A DNA stretch of 64,000 bases from Selaginella moellendorffii (lineage: Eukaryota; Plantae; Lycopodiophyta): NCBI RefSeq assembly GCF_000143415.4, contig NW_003314377.1, forward strand, positions 248,001-312,000, written 5' to 3'. The position numbers and the translations under genes are program-made. Positions within the stretch are counted from its first letter, which is position 1. Every line of letters begins with the position of its first letter. Shown in pieces: positions 23,301 through 35,455 of this stretch. Under the pieces are notes generated by a model that was not told the DNA's origin, did no database searches, and was given only the letters and a program-made list of their open reading frames with translations.

Positions 23301-24392
23301 AGCTCTCCCACTAAAGAAAGCCACAGCAAAAAATACAGCCAAGTTTCTCTATGAAACAATTATAACACGATATGGATTACCACGAGAAATTGTTATAGAT
23401 CAAGGAACACATTTTCTGAATGAGACCATCAACATTCTCGTTAAAGAATTTATCATCAACCATAAGAAGTCAACACCATATTACCCCCAAGGTAATGGAC
23501 AAGTAGAATCCACAAACAAAACGCTTAAAAACATACTCAAGAAAATAGTCAAGACAAACCTTAAGGATTGGGATGAAAGAATTTATGATGCTCTTTAGGC
23601 TTACAGAACAACTTACAAAGTTTTAACAAATTCTACATCTTTCAAGCTTGCCTTTTTTCTCCCTTCTCCAATATGCATTGATAATGGAAGGCTAGAGTAC
23701 AAAAGACCCTTTAACTAGTTTTACATGATGGCAACCACTACTTTTTCCTGTTTCTAAGTCTTAAGATTGGAGTCTTGAGACTCGTGATGATACTTCTAAA
23801 TACAGTAACAAATCAATCAGCTGACCTCAGTATTAGTGGTCGTGGGCAGTGCATTCTAAAGCTCTTTGACTTGTTGGGCAAAGTCGGGCACCCATGCTGG
23901 CATGACTTGGTAGTGACCACAGCAAGTTTTGGTTGTTGATATGCAACTAGAACTTGTTTTAAACAGCATATGCATCCTAGTCAAACATGAGGCAGTCAAG
24001 AACTCTTGGAATTCCCCATTATTGCAAAGAAATAAAGAAAAAATATCAATGATTATTCTATTTAACTTTCATTCACCATTTTGTTAAGGAAAAACTTAAA
24101 CAATACACCACATTATTAAATAATAGTTTAAACGACCAGGATGTAATCGTTTGTACTACTCCTATTCCATCTATAGTGCCCAATTGTGTAGTGCTGTTAA
24201 CAATGTAGAGTTGGGAGGCAGCATTAGTCATGTGGATGTCCTCCGCTGCTGCCTGGTTCGAGGAGCCCTTCCACTGTTGTGAGTTGAGCCTGCAAAGTCT
24301 GTTGCAATATTAAAAACGTTTAATTGCCCAGCAAGCCTCACTGGTTTGATCAGTCAGTGTATAGTTTTATCTTAAGAGTAACATTCCACGAA

Positions 24393-24566
24393 CTAGAGAG
24401 TAGAATTTAGCTGCTCAACCAAAGTCCCACCCATATCCATAACCCACGCCTTGTCCACCAGTGGAATCAACTCTCTGCGAGGAAAGAAAATAAGATCCAA
24501 GCACTAATCACGCAAGTTTACCGCAGATCATGGCTCACAACGAGCAACGTCCTCTCCTTCTTTAAG
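24393..24566 (-). pseudogene. ABCI11: 3' end (last two exons) of ABC transporter ATPase ABCI11/NAP14-like; also 36754-36927, 45185-45358, 55640-55794
   Basis: Spliced reading LKKERTLLVVSHDLR|ELIPLVDKAWVMDMGGTLVEQLNSTL* contains the ABC H-loop VSHD and resembles the NAP14 C-terminus as recalled; cut by the repeat junction. Confidence 0.75.
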
Positions 24567-24611
24567 TATGTGAGGTAAGAATGTAGCTTGGAATTTTTGG
24601 TGAGGTGTTGC

Positions 24612-27600
24612 TCTAACGAAAGGTGAAACCGTGTGATGGTGCTCAAGATCCGTCATAGCATATATGGAATGGAAAATGTACATATGTGTGACATGGTGAA
24701 CCAGTGAAGACTCGTGTCTCTCCACGTGGACTAGCCACGTGGCACAGGGCCACTCTCAACACTCCCAGTGGGACTGCGGCCATCACGAGTGATGCTCATC
24801 AGTGGAGAAAGTCCCAGCCCTTCGCAATGGACTTGAAATCGATCTTGGGGTAGTGCTTTTGTGAAGATATTTGCAACCTGAGTGGTCATGTCGCAGTAGA
24901 TCAGCTCAATTGGGGTAGAATGCATAATACAGCACCCCCCCTTATTTAGGGTGGGCCCCATTTGTTTATTTGGATTTGCATGCCACCTCATTGCTTACTT
25001 GCGCATGCCACCTCATTATTATAAATTAAAGAGATAAATCTTTGAGATGCCCGAGTGGGACTGCTGCCACGGAGGACGCGAGGAGTGAGGCGTGCTGCCA
25101 CGGAGGACGCGAGGAGTGAGCGTGGCAAAGGGGCAACCACGTAAGAGTGAGGGGTGCTGTATTATGCATTTCTTCCAGCGAGGATTGGCTGCTAATGCAA
25201 TGCAGCTTTGATTGTCGCAGAAGAGGCGAGTGGGAGTCTTCACACTCACACCAAGGTTAGAAAGTAGTGAGCGTAACCACACACCTTCTTTGGTAGCTTG
25301 TGAGGCTGCCAAATATTCTGCTTCAGTACTAGAGGTTGCCACTGTACTTTGCTTCCTGCTGCACCACGAGACTGTCGCACTGCCCAGGGAAAACGAATAG
25401 CCAGAGGTGGACTTGCGTGTGTCACAGTCTCCCCCAAAATCAGCATCACAGTAGCCCGTGAGGGTAAGCGCTTTTCCCTGGTAGCACAATCCAAGGTAAG
25501 TAGTACCTCGAAGGTACCTGAAGATGCGTTTCACCGCTGCCCAATGTTGAGATCCAGGATTAGCCAGGAATTGGCTCACGGCAAAAGAAATATCTGGGCG
25601 CGTACAAACAGCTGGATACATGAGACTGCCAACAGCTTGTCTGTAAGGGATGGAGTCCATGGCTCTCTTGTCTTCCTCTGTCTCAGGAGACATGGCTCGT
25701 GAAAGCTGGCAGCCTAGTTCCATTGGTGTCGCCACTGGATTAGAGCTCGTCATAGAAAACCTGGCCAGCATATCTTCTATATACTTGGCTTGGTGAAGAT
25801 AGATAGTGCGTTGAGAGCGATCACGCACAAGTTCCATGCCAAGAAAGTAGGAAGCCGAGCCAAGAGTTTTCATCTCAAATTGGCTGCAAAGATCTCGCTT
25901 AACCTGGAGAAACATTAAGCGATGATTATGGATGACAAGAGTATCATCAACATAAAGAGCGATGATCACAAATGATTCACCCTCCACCCGAATATAAAGA
26001 TTCGGGTCTGCCTCGCTACGGGAAAAGCCCACACTTAGTATAAAATCGTCAAAGCGTTTGTACCAAGATCTGGGTGCTTGTTTCGAGCCGATCTGGGTGC
26101 TTGTTACAAGCCGTAGACAGCTTTCTTGAGAAGCCAGAGATGATCCTCTTTTCCAGCGGCTAGAAATCCTTCTGGCTGTGCCATATAGATTTCTTCTTCA
26201 AGCGCACCATAAAGGAATGCCGTGGTCACATCCATCTGTTCCAGATCAAAGTCTCCCACCGCAGCAAAATTAATCAAGGAACGAAGAGTAGAATGTTTAA
26301 CCACTGGAGCGAAGGTGTCGTTGTAGTCAAGTCCAGGAACTTGCGAGCATCCTTTCGCCACCAATCGCGCCTTGTAGCGATCCGAGCCATCAGGATTAAG
26401 CTTCAGAGCATACACCCACATGCTCTTGATAATCTGGCGATTGGAAGGCACAGTTGGAACAAGAACATGTGTCTCGTTCTTTTGCTGTGAAGCAATCTCG
26501 GCTTCCATTGCTACACGCCAGTAAGACGCTTCCTGTGAGGCCATGGCTTCTCCATAGGTCCTCGGAACAGTAGGAGTCCCAGCTGCACGAGAGGAGACCA
26601 TTGCTCAGTAGGCTACTTCCAGACTTTCAAGGATATGGGAGAAACACAAACTGGGAAAATGCTCAAGCGATTGAGAAGTGATGGTGGAGGCGAATTCACT
26701 TCCAATGCTTTCAACCAGCTGTGTGAGCAAGGAGGGATTGTGCGAGAACTTACAACGCGAGAGACTCCACAACAGAATGGCGTAGCTGAGCGCAAGAATC
26801 GCACACTAGTGGAGAGTGCTCGGGCAATGCTACTTTCCAGTGGTCTGCCTCGCAGCTTCTGGTTTCACGCTGTCTTGACGGCGAACTATCTCCAGAACCG
26901 GCTCCCCACCTCTGCCCTTGCTGGCATCACTCCTGAAGAAGCATGGAGTGGCAAGAAACCCACAGTTACGCATCTGAGAATATTCGGGTGTGAAGCGTGG
27001 GCACACATCCCTGATGGAATGCGCAAGAAATTGGACCCCAAGAGCCAGAAGGCTGTGTTTGTGGGCTACAGCCTCGATCACAAAGCCTATCGTCTCTGGA
27101 ATCCAATCACGAAGCAGGAGATCCTGAGCAGAGATGTGGTTTTCAACGAGAATTCTTTTCTTCCTTCTAGTCAAGGTTCTACTTCCAGACCTACCTTGAC
27201 CGAAGAAAATGACGTTGAAGCGGAACAAGATCAGTTGACTGTCGGCACGATCACTGTGCCGCTTCAAACAGTCCCTACGCAACAACCCATGCCCGCTTCT
27301 ACTCCAACACCACCAACCCCGCCGCCTCCTCCAGATCCTCTACGCAGATCGATCCGCACAAGGCGCACTGGACGACTAAGAACCTGGATCTAGACTTCAA
27401 CGAGTGGTGGGATTGGGTATCGGCACCCATGGCAGCCACTGTTCCTACAAATCCGCCTCCAAATCCACCACCTATTTCCCCTCCCATCACAAATCCGACT
27501 GTGCCTACAGCGGATATCGTTTCAGTGGACGCAAATCCACCAAAATTTGATGGGAGGAACTGGCGCTTCTGGAAGACAAAATTCGAATCCTATATGGATG

Positions 27601-29293
27601 AACGAGGCCTCTGGGACATCACCACAGGAACTGAGACACTTCCAGATACAGCTACAGTGGATGAAACTGCGAAGTATCGCAAGAAGGACCGGAGAGCTTT
27701 GGGCAAATTCCATGCAGCGCTGGAAGGGCGAGAATTCCATTGCATTGGACGGTGCAAGAGTGCAAAGGAAGCGTGGGAGGCCATGAAGCAGACTTACCAG
27801 ATCCCTTCAACATCCCATCGCATTTTTTTACGGAAGCAGCTTCATGCACTGGTGATGGCTGAAGGGGACGACCTCAAGGATCATCTTGCTGCAGCGAGAA
27901 CAATCTTAGATGATCTTAAGGATGTGGGAGCAAACATAGAGGATGAAGAAGAAGCAGAGCTGGTGCTCGTCACACTTCCTCCATCCTTTGATCCTCTCAT
28001 ATGTAGCAGCCGCCAGGACGATGATCTGAGACGAAGAGCAACAACAGGATCAGAGGCCGTTGCATTCTACTCTTCTCTCAGGAAAGAAACAGTGAACAAA
28101 GGGAAACAAGGAGCCTCTTCATCCAAGAAGCCCAAGTGTTCTCATTGCAACAAGAAAGGCCATGACGAAGCTCAATGCTGGGTGAAAAATCCATCTCTCA
28201 AGCCTGTAAGGAACAATGCAAAGAAAAAGGTGGTACACGCCTTCATCTTGTCACGAGCTATGGCAGTGGCAGCACTGTCTACAGAGTGCATCTACCTGGA
28301 TTCTGCTGCTACAGACCATATGTTCAACAGTGATAAGTACTTTGAAGCCTATGATCCTACAGCCACAGAGGAGTATGTCATCGTTGGCAATGCCCAGCAG
28401 CTTGCTGTGAAAGGAATTGGAACCATCAAGTTCACTTTACCACAAGGAATAGTCGTAAAGATCCACGAGGTTCTTTATATTCCTGGTTTATGTGCTAATT
28501 TGTTCTCTGTGGGACAATTTGCTGAGGATGGGTATCAGTTCGCCATTACACCTCGCCAATTCCAGCTGATCTCGACCACAGGAGCCATCCTCACAGCGTC
28601 CCGGCCTGGACGGCGTGACCTCTACCGCCTTACCATGCTGCCAGATCTTGCTGGACGGAGTCTGGGCCTACACGCACAAAAGACAACGACCAGTCACTCA
28701 CTGGAGCTTTGGCACGCACGCCTGGGGCATCCTAGTGCTGATAGAATCAAGCATCTCGCACGCGAGCAGATGGTTGAAGGTCTAGACCTGGACCCAAGAG
28801 CCGTTCTTCCATTTTGCCAGGGCTGTCAGCTAGGAAAATCTACTCGCCAACCTTTCCCCAAGACTGGAGCATCTCGAGCTACAGCTCTGTACACACTGAT
28901 GTGTGTGGCCCGATGGCCACCACAGCAGTGGGAGGTTTATCAGTTTCATTGATGACTACAGTCGTCGCACTATGATCTACCCTATGGCTCGCAAATCCCA
29001 ATCGTTACACCCTCTTGCAAGGCCTGGAGCGCTTGGATTAGGGCACGCCTCTGTCTACGTAGACGGAGGCTCCGATTCACCCTAGCAAGTGTCGCCCTGA
29101 TCCTACGGTTTCGAATTCTTCTCGCTCTCCCAGGCATTGCTCTGATACTATCTAACGAAAGGTGAAACCGTGTGATGGTGCTCAAGATCCGTCATAACAT
29201 ATATGGAATGGAAAATGTACATACGTGTGACATGGTGAACCGGTGAAGACTCGTGTCTCTCCACGTGGACTAGCCACGCGGCACAGGGCCACA
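24612..29293 (-). mobile_element. Ty1/copia element with two internal inversions
   Basis: 143-bp LTRs 24612-24754 and 29151-29293 (5 mismatches); TSD GTTGC at 24607-24611 and 29294-29298; PBS 29139-29150 on minus; RT/RNase H on minus 24760-26601; integrase core and gag-protease on plus. Confidence 0.95.
24919..25170. mobile_element. MITE-like insertion in Copia RNase H
   Basis: Perfect 20-bp terminal inverted repeat AATGCATAATACAGCACCCC; internal tandem duplications; non-coding. Confidence 0.7.
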
Positions 29294-30742
29294 GTTGCTG
29301 ATCGCAAAAATGGCGAAGAGGTTTGCAATTTTCTTTTTCCTTCTCTATATCAAGCTTGCAGGGGTGCCAGAATGCTGAAACGGATTCTACCAGCCGGTGA
29401 GCTTGTTTACTTTTCGCGTGGCTATTGGTGAAATTCATGGTGTTCTTGCTTTTTAAGGTTGCTTCGACTCGACTATGCTGCCGCGATGCGTCCCCATCCT
29501 GAGAAGGTGCAAAGCTTACTTGCTAATTTTTGTAGATCTTCTAAGCTTTGCTGTTTACAGGCTCAAAGAGGGGGTGAAGATGCTTTGCAAAGGCGAGAAT
29601 GAATTGGAGCGGTGGAAAGCTAGATGATACCACGGCAGTTGTGGCGTTTGTGACCTGATATTTGAGTCGCGAAGGGTAAACATTTCAAGCAGTTTTTGCG
29701 GAGGCCAGTGTAAATTGCTCAGGCCGTTAATTTTTGCGGTATTTCCGGTTCTTACGCTAATTGAGGTATGACATCCTTTTGATTTGATTCAAACCGTTCT
29801 TTGTGTCTTTTGTGTCCAGCCTTCATTTTAAATCGCAGGTAGCTGCTGCTGAATCTTCCTTTTAGAAATCAAGGTTTTGTTCCATCAGAAGGTTCACAAC
29901 CTGAAGTTCTAACCTCACTGGAGATTGAACACCGGACAGGACAGGTATCTCTTCTGTTTAGAGGGAACTGCTCAGGGTCACTTGAGGTGTTAGACATGTA
30001 GTTTAGCTGGACGATCACGAGCAAGCTCAAGATACTCAAGCTCTCCGGCAACATGATCTCTGGCTCGTCCTTCTCGGGGGTACATCGAGCTGCTAGGCCT
30101 TTGGCACGATGGGATCTTTTGCGACTGCGTGGCTCTCCAGGAGCTCTTCAACAGTCGCACTCCCCCGTCCAGCAGCAAATTCCGGAATTTCATTCTCGGC
30201 TCTACATCTCTCAGCCATCCAAATGGGTGTGCGGGCTTGGAAGTGCTCGAACAACGTTTCGGAGGAGCTCGTGTGGGCCCTATCATGTCTCTCAGCTTGG
30301 GCAGACTCTTTGAGTTTGCTCAGATCTCTCGGAGAACCGGTTGAAGGGGATGGTTCTGAAGGACTAAGTGGTGGAAACCCTGTTACAGTCGAATAGCAAC
30401 AAAGAGCTCACGGAGAACAGCTTGAAGGACAGCTCCAGGCGAGCTCGTGTGGAGGATCCTTGGATACCGCTTTCATCCCAGTACCGTGAGACTCCACCAG
30501 AAAGACGGTGAGGAAGGTGGCGACAAGCCAATTGGCTGGAGCTGTGACTTCCTTCTTTGTCTCGAGTATTTGGTCGCGTGTCCCGTCCACATGGTGAGCC
30601 ATGGAATTGTTTCTTAGTTGCTCAAATCTTAATTCTTTCTGATCTCCAGGTTGGTAATCACCATTACCAACTAAGAGGAATTTTTTGCATTGAGGCTTTG
30701 CAGTTCGGTAGGCGACGAAGAAAAACTTTCCAGGATCGGAGG

Positions 30743-32176
30743 ATGAAAAGTTACAGCCCGAGCTTGCTGTTCTTCGTGCTTGTCTTCTCCGCTGCGGCAC
30801 TGATACTCGTATGGATTCTCGACATAAAAATTCCGACTCCGCGATGATGTCCTGGAGCCGAACTCTGGGATCAAACTCCGCATCAGCAACAACACCACAA
30901 GCTACAAGGGCAGTGACACTTGCAGGAGTAGGAACGAGTACGACTTCTACAGCCGCCGAAGATCGGCGAGCTTCGAGCCATCCGAGTCGCTCCAACAGAA
31001 AATCCTAGAGTACGAGGCTTTGCACGGGAGGTGCGCTCCGGGGCCCGAGCAGTGCGCGAACTGTAGTACATGCGGCTACCTCGTCTACGTTCCCGCCAAC
31101 CAGGGGATCGGCAACAAGATGGTGGCTATAGTAGCAGCGTTTCTCTACGCGCTGCTCACCGACAGGACGATGCTGATCGCGAGGTTGGAGAACCTGGACA
31201 CGCTCTTCTGCGAGCCGTTTCCATCCAGCTCCTGGCTGCTGCCGTCGAAGCACCTCGAGTTGGCGCCGTGGGACGCCTCCAAGTGGATTGGGAGCCTGGC
31301 GGGTTCGCCCAACTGCAGCCGCGGCGTCGACGTGAGCTTCCCCGAGGTGGTGGTGGCCTATCTCGATTACAACTACAGGGACCACTTCTGCCAAGATCAA
31401 CAGCAAGCTCTCAACTCCAGCGCGCGGTGGATCGTCCTCTCCTCCGGCCAGTACTTCACTCCGGCGCTCTACAACGTCCCGACTTTCAGGAGCAAACTCG
31501 AGGAATTGTTCCCACAGCAGGAGGCCATCTTCCATCTCCTGGTGAGGTACCTGTTGCTTCCCAGTGACTTCGTGTGGGACAAGGCGGCCAGGTACTACGA
31601 CGCATACCTGGCCCAGGCCGAGCTTCTAGTCGGGGTCCACTTGCGAAACCACATCTGGTTCTCGCCACCCAACCTCGCCGAGGATACGTTCGACTGCCTG
31701 GTGCAACAAGGCGCGCTCGCAAACACCACCCAGGAGCGAGCTCCCAGATCGTCGGTGAGGAAGAACAGCAAGAAGGTGGCGGTGCTGGTGGTGTCGCTCA
31801 ACTCGCAGTACTCGGAGACGCTCAAGAGCAAGGTGCTGGGATACGATCTAGCGGACGGCTCCTCGGTGTCCATCCACCAGCCGAGCGTGGAGGGGGTGCA
31901 AAACACAGGGAACTTGGATCACGACGCACAAGCGGTGATGGAGATCTACTTGCTGTCGATGAGCGATGTCCTGGTGACGAGCCCGCCATCCACGTTTGGC
32001 TACTCGGCAGCGGGGCTGGCGGGGTGAGGCCCGTGCAGTTCGTGTGCGACCAGAACAAGAGCGTGGTTTGCTCGGTGAGGGAGACGATGGAGCCGTGCTA
32101 CCACGTTTATCCGGCTCAGTCCGCGCTGGACAACATTGAAAAGTGCGAATGCGGCGTGGGTTTCAGACTAGTCTAA
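30743..32176 (+). pseudogene. GT37 fucosyltransferase pseudogene copy 2
   Basis: Frameshifts near 30830-30910 and 32025; in-frame deletions. Confidence 0.9.
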
Positions 32177-32645
32177 AGGACGTTCTTAGAAAGGATGTTG
32201 TCTTAGAAAGTTCTTAAAGCTTTTAAGATTTTATTTTCTTTCTCGTGATAGATTTCTAAGTTGCTCCTTGGGTGCATCACGCAAATCTAGCGTCATTTGT
32301 AGACTTGCGTGGTCAGGTCATGCTCTTGGCCCACGCAAAGTTGCGCCAAGGCTGCCTTGAAATCCAGGTAATTTGGTACCAAGAGCTTATAGACTTCAAA
32401 TGGCGAGCTGTCTTTTGTGCAGGACTTTGAAAAACTGCTCGTATAGTGTTCTGGCGTGGAAGCTAACGAGTCTTTTTGACAAATGGCACGCGCAAAGGAC
32501 TTGACTGTTTACCAAGCCCGGTGGAGAACTTTTTGTGTGAATATAAAACACTGGAGGCCCATTGGATCCAATCGTATCGGAGCAAGCACAGCTCTTGGTT
32601 CTTATACAACGATATCATCACTACGTTTAGTGCTTTGTGGCTGGA

Positions 32646-32891
32646 ATGGATCGTGGAAGGATGCTTCTTGCCATCGCATTGGTGATCATGATCAGCGGCA
32701 ACATCGAATGTTCCAGGCCGGGCTCGTTTTCGGTGATGAGCCAGCAGGCCGAGCTTTTCAATTTCGAATTGCGCCTTCCTGTTGTTAACAAGATCCACAC
32801 TCTTCTCGAAAGGACCTCCCGGAGAATGCTCCCCCAGCGTCAGCCCACGCCACCCTCCGGCCCTTCCGAGGACAACAACGATCGTGATTGA
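32646..32891 (+). CDS. Small secreted SGPS peptide precursor copy 2 (81 aa)
   Basis: Ends RRMLPQRQPTPPSGPSEDNNDRD. Confidence 0.72.
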   Translation: MDRGRMLLAIALVIMISGNIECSRPGSFSVMSQQAELFNFELRLPVVNKIHTLLERTSRRMLPQRQPTPPSGPSEDNNDRD

Positions 32892-34789
32892 AGAGGCGGA
32901 CAGCCACGTGGCTGACACGTCACGCTAGGAGACACGTCTGGCTTTTTTCATCAATTCTCCTCCAAATCCTCCACCTCCACTCCTTCCCTCCCATTACAGT
33001 CACACATCAATTTACCCAGCTTGCGTCCATGAGGCGCTTGTCTCACCAAGGTGAAGGGGAATGATAAAGGCAACTTTCCATTTTTCCCTGTCAAGAGACT
33101 TGAGAGCTGCGTGGAATTCCCAGAAGTTCCACTCCAGCAAGTAAAGTCTCCACAAGACTTTCAGGGATGTCTTGTACAGCTGCGAGCAATCAGCCGTGGT
33201 GCTGGCTTGCCCTTGTTCTGGCAAGAAGATCTGCAAAGAGGAGCGGCTGCAGTGAGTCTTGAAGATTCGCAGGTCGTTCGGATTGGGCATTGGCAGCACT
33301 GGCAAAGGCAGATTTTCTCCCACTTGACGTGATGGAAATGCACGTCTGGTGAGATGATCAGCGCCTTGGAGACAGGATTGTAGACCTTGTAAGCCTTGTG
33401 TTCAATGCCATAGCCTAGGAAAATGCCTCGTTCGCTTGTTGGAGTGAGTTTTTTTTCTAGTTTTAGAGGGGATATGGACGCCATGGAAGGTGCGCTAATC
33501 CATTCGAATTCCACTTTGTGTAAGAACCCTTGACAATCCTGGACCTCAACATTGGCAAGCACTTAAACGCGTCTTTTGGTACTTCCGAGATACGTTTTCT
33601 TACGGTCTTAAGGCCAAGAGTCAAGCTTACTGGGCTGGCTTTGGCTAAATTGTTTAGCCTTCACAATGCAGTTAGCAGCAAGAAGAAGAGCGTCGTTGCC
33701 TGCTCCAGCTGTGAGGCGGAGGCTAGTTCCGCATGCAAAGAGGCCATCTGGCTTCGCCGCCTCCTCAACGACACCCGGCCCAACACCAATCTACTGTGAC
33801 AATCAAGGCTACATCGCCTCGAGCAAACATCACAAGATTAATTCCCCGACGAAACACGCACCACGCTGGGAGACACGTCCAGTTCTTTCCATGTTCTTGT
33901 GATTCCAATCTCGATAATGCAATCTTAATTGAACATCACAACAGCCTGGAAATCGAGTCCACTGCTTCATCCCACCAAACAATCTGATCTCGTGCACAGC
34001 ATGAAACGAACATTCTCTGTGCCTCTCCTGATAGAGCCATACAGAACCTTCTCATGTCCAGCCACTTGATTATTCTATGCAGCACACTCAAATACGTCCA
34101 GGTAAATCTCGAAATCCTCTCAAAGTAGGCTAAAGGAGATACTTTGTCATCTTGCCAAAAGCCCCTTCTAACACATGCTTGAGGGTTAGAGAGGGCTTGG
34201 GTGAGTTGGCAAGGTGTAGTTTTGGTCTTTCACTTGAAAGATCATGGACCTCACTTCACTACAGTGTCACCTTTAGCCCATTACAATGCTGCATAAAGGG
34301 ATCACTGCGTTTGCTCATTGTGGCGAGGGCGAGAAAGTCCTCGATGGGAGCGTGGAAGGTGACACTCCGGCCTGCGCCTACATCAGCTCCGTGAATCGCA
34401 ACCAGGATTTCTTTCTTCTCGTGACAGGGGATTTTAGGATCGCGCCAGGCAGGGTCTGCATGATCGATATCTTCGGCCGTGGCAGGCAACTGGAGAATGC
34501 CGAGGAATTGCTGCGTGCCATGCCGTTTGTGCCGGATGCTCTGGTTTTTAGGGTTTTGGTGGCATCTTGCCGATCGCATTACGATATATTTCGGGCATTG
34601 GATCGACGCATGTCCTGGCAAATCGCTCCAGGAGCGTGTTTAAAATGGAAATTGGCGGGAAAGCGATGTGTTTGTTTTTTATTCTATCTAGCTGTGCTTA
34701 CGAAAGTCTCCACTATCGAAAGGTAAGAGCTTTGGAAAAATAATTCATTTATATATGTAACTTAGTCAAGTCGCAATTTGGAGAAACTT

Positions 34790-35455
34790 TCAAGTCATGC
34801 CGATGAGCTCTCTCAACTTCTGGATGAGACCACGGTCGTCAATCTGGAACGCTTTCGCGATCACGTCGTCATTGATTGGAGGATTGGAATCAAACACCGC
34901 CTTGGCCACCTGAGTTGCCCCGGGGTTTTGGCTGTTGAAGCCAGCCATCGCAACCGCAGGCTCCTTTCCAACGTTGAGCTGGAAGTGGACGAGTCCCCGA
35001 GGGAAGACGAACAGATCTCCGGGATAGAGCATTTGGGCGAAGAGCTTGTTGTCCGGCAAGGTGGTGACGAATCCGACTAAGAGGTTCCCGTGCACGAGGA
35101 AGAGCAGCTCGGATCCTCGGGGATGGACGTGGGGGGGATTGGTGCCGCCGGGAGCATAGTCGACGCGGGCAAAAGCTACACCAAAGGTGTTGAGACCGGG
35201 GAAATTGTTGACACTCGCCAGCGTGACGTTGGAGCCGAGCTTGTTGTCGGTGTTCCCGGGAGTTGCCAGCAGGCTCGACTTGAAGTCCTCGGCTTTCACA
35301 TCGGCGGCCGCCTTGCAGACGACGCCGTTCACTTTGATCTTGGAGCCATTGTCTGCAACACAAAAGTCCTGCAGCATATCTTCATCCGCGGCATGCACAA
35401 ACAAGATGGAGCTGATTGCTAGGAGGAAGGATAGAACAAAACGAAGATGAGCCAT
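34790..35455 (-). CDS. Germin-like protein copy 2
   Basis: Intact; 3 aa differences from copy 1. Confidence 0.97.
   Translation of the reverse strand: MAHLRFVLSFLLAISSILFVHAADEDMLQDFCVADNGSKIKVNGVVCKAAADVKAEDFKSSLLATPGNTDNKLGSNVTLASVNNFPGLNTFGVAFARVDYAPGGTNPPHVHPRGSELLFLVHGNLLVGFVTTLPDNKLFAQMLYPGDLFVFPRGLVHFQLNVGKEPAVAMAGFNSQNPGATQVAKAVFDSNPPINDDVIAKAFQIDDRGLIQKLRELIGMT

Larger units (their letters stand above)
13689..23655 (+). mobile_element. Degenerate non-chromovirus Ty3/gypsy element, 3'-truncated, host of a nested element
   Basis: Putative 5' LTR TGTAAT(13689)..TTTCA(14373), start uncertain; PBS TGGCAACCACAGTGGGA 14375-14391; protease ILDGGSG; RT MPFGLTNAP..FMDD; RNase H; integrase H..GGHF, WGLDFVGP, YYPQGNGQVE; many stops; no 3' LTR. 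Confidence 0.85.
5264..24566. repeat. Tandem cassette copy 1 (about 8.6 kb plus 10.7 kb TE insertion)
   Basis: Homology to later copies begins at TACGCGAGGTAAGAATG (5264), inside PP2C exon 1. Confidence 0.92.
24567..29658 (+). pseudogene. PP2C pseudogene copy 2
   Basis: Lacks almost all of exon 1; Copia in intron 1; about 780-bp deletion at about 29586 removes the catalytic core. Confidence 0.9.

Noticed and set aside
23812-24390. Possible spliced gene relic between the GLP promoter and the ABCI11 end
   Set aside because: Intron-like signals are present, but no frame gives a recognisable protein and stops are frequent; needs a translated search
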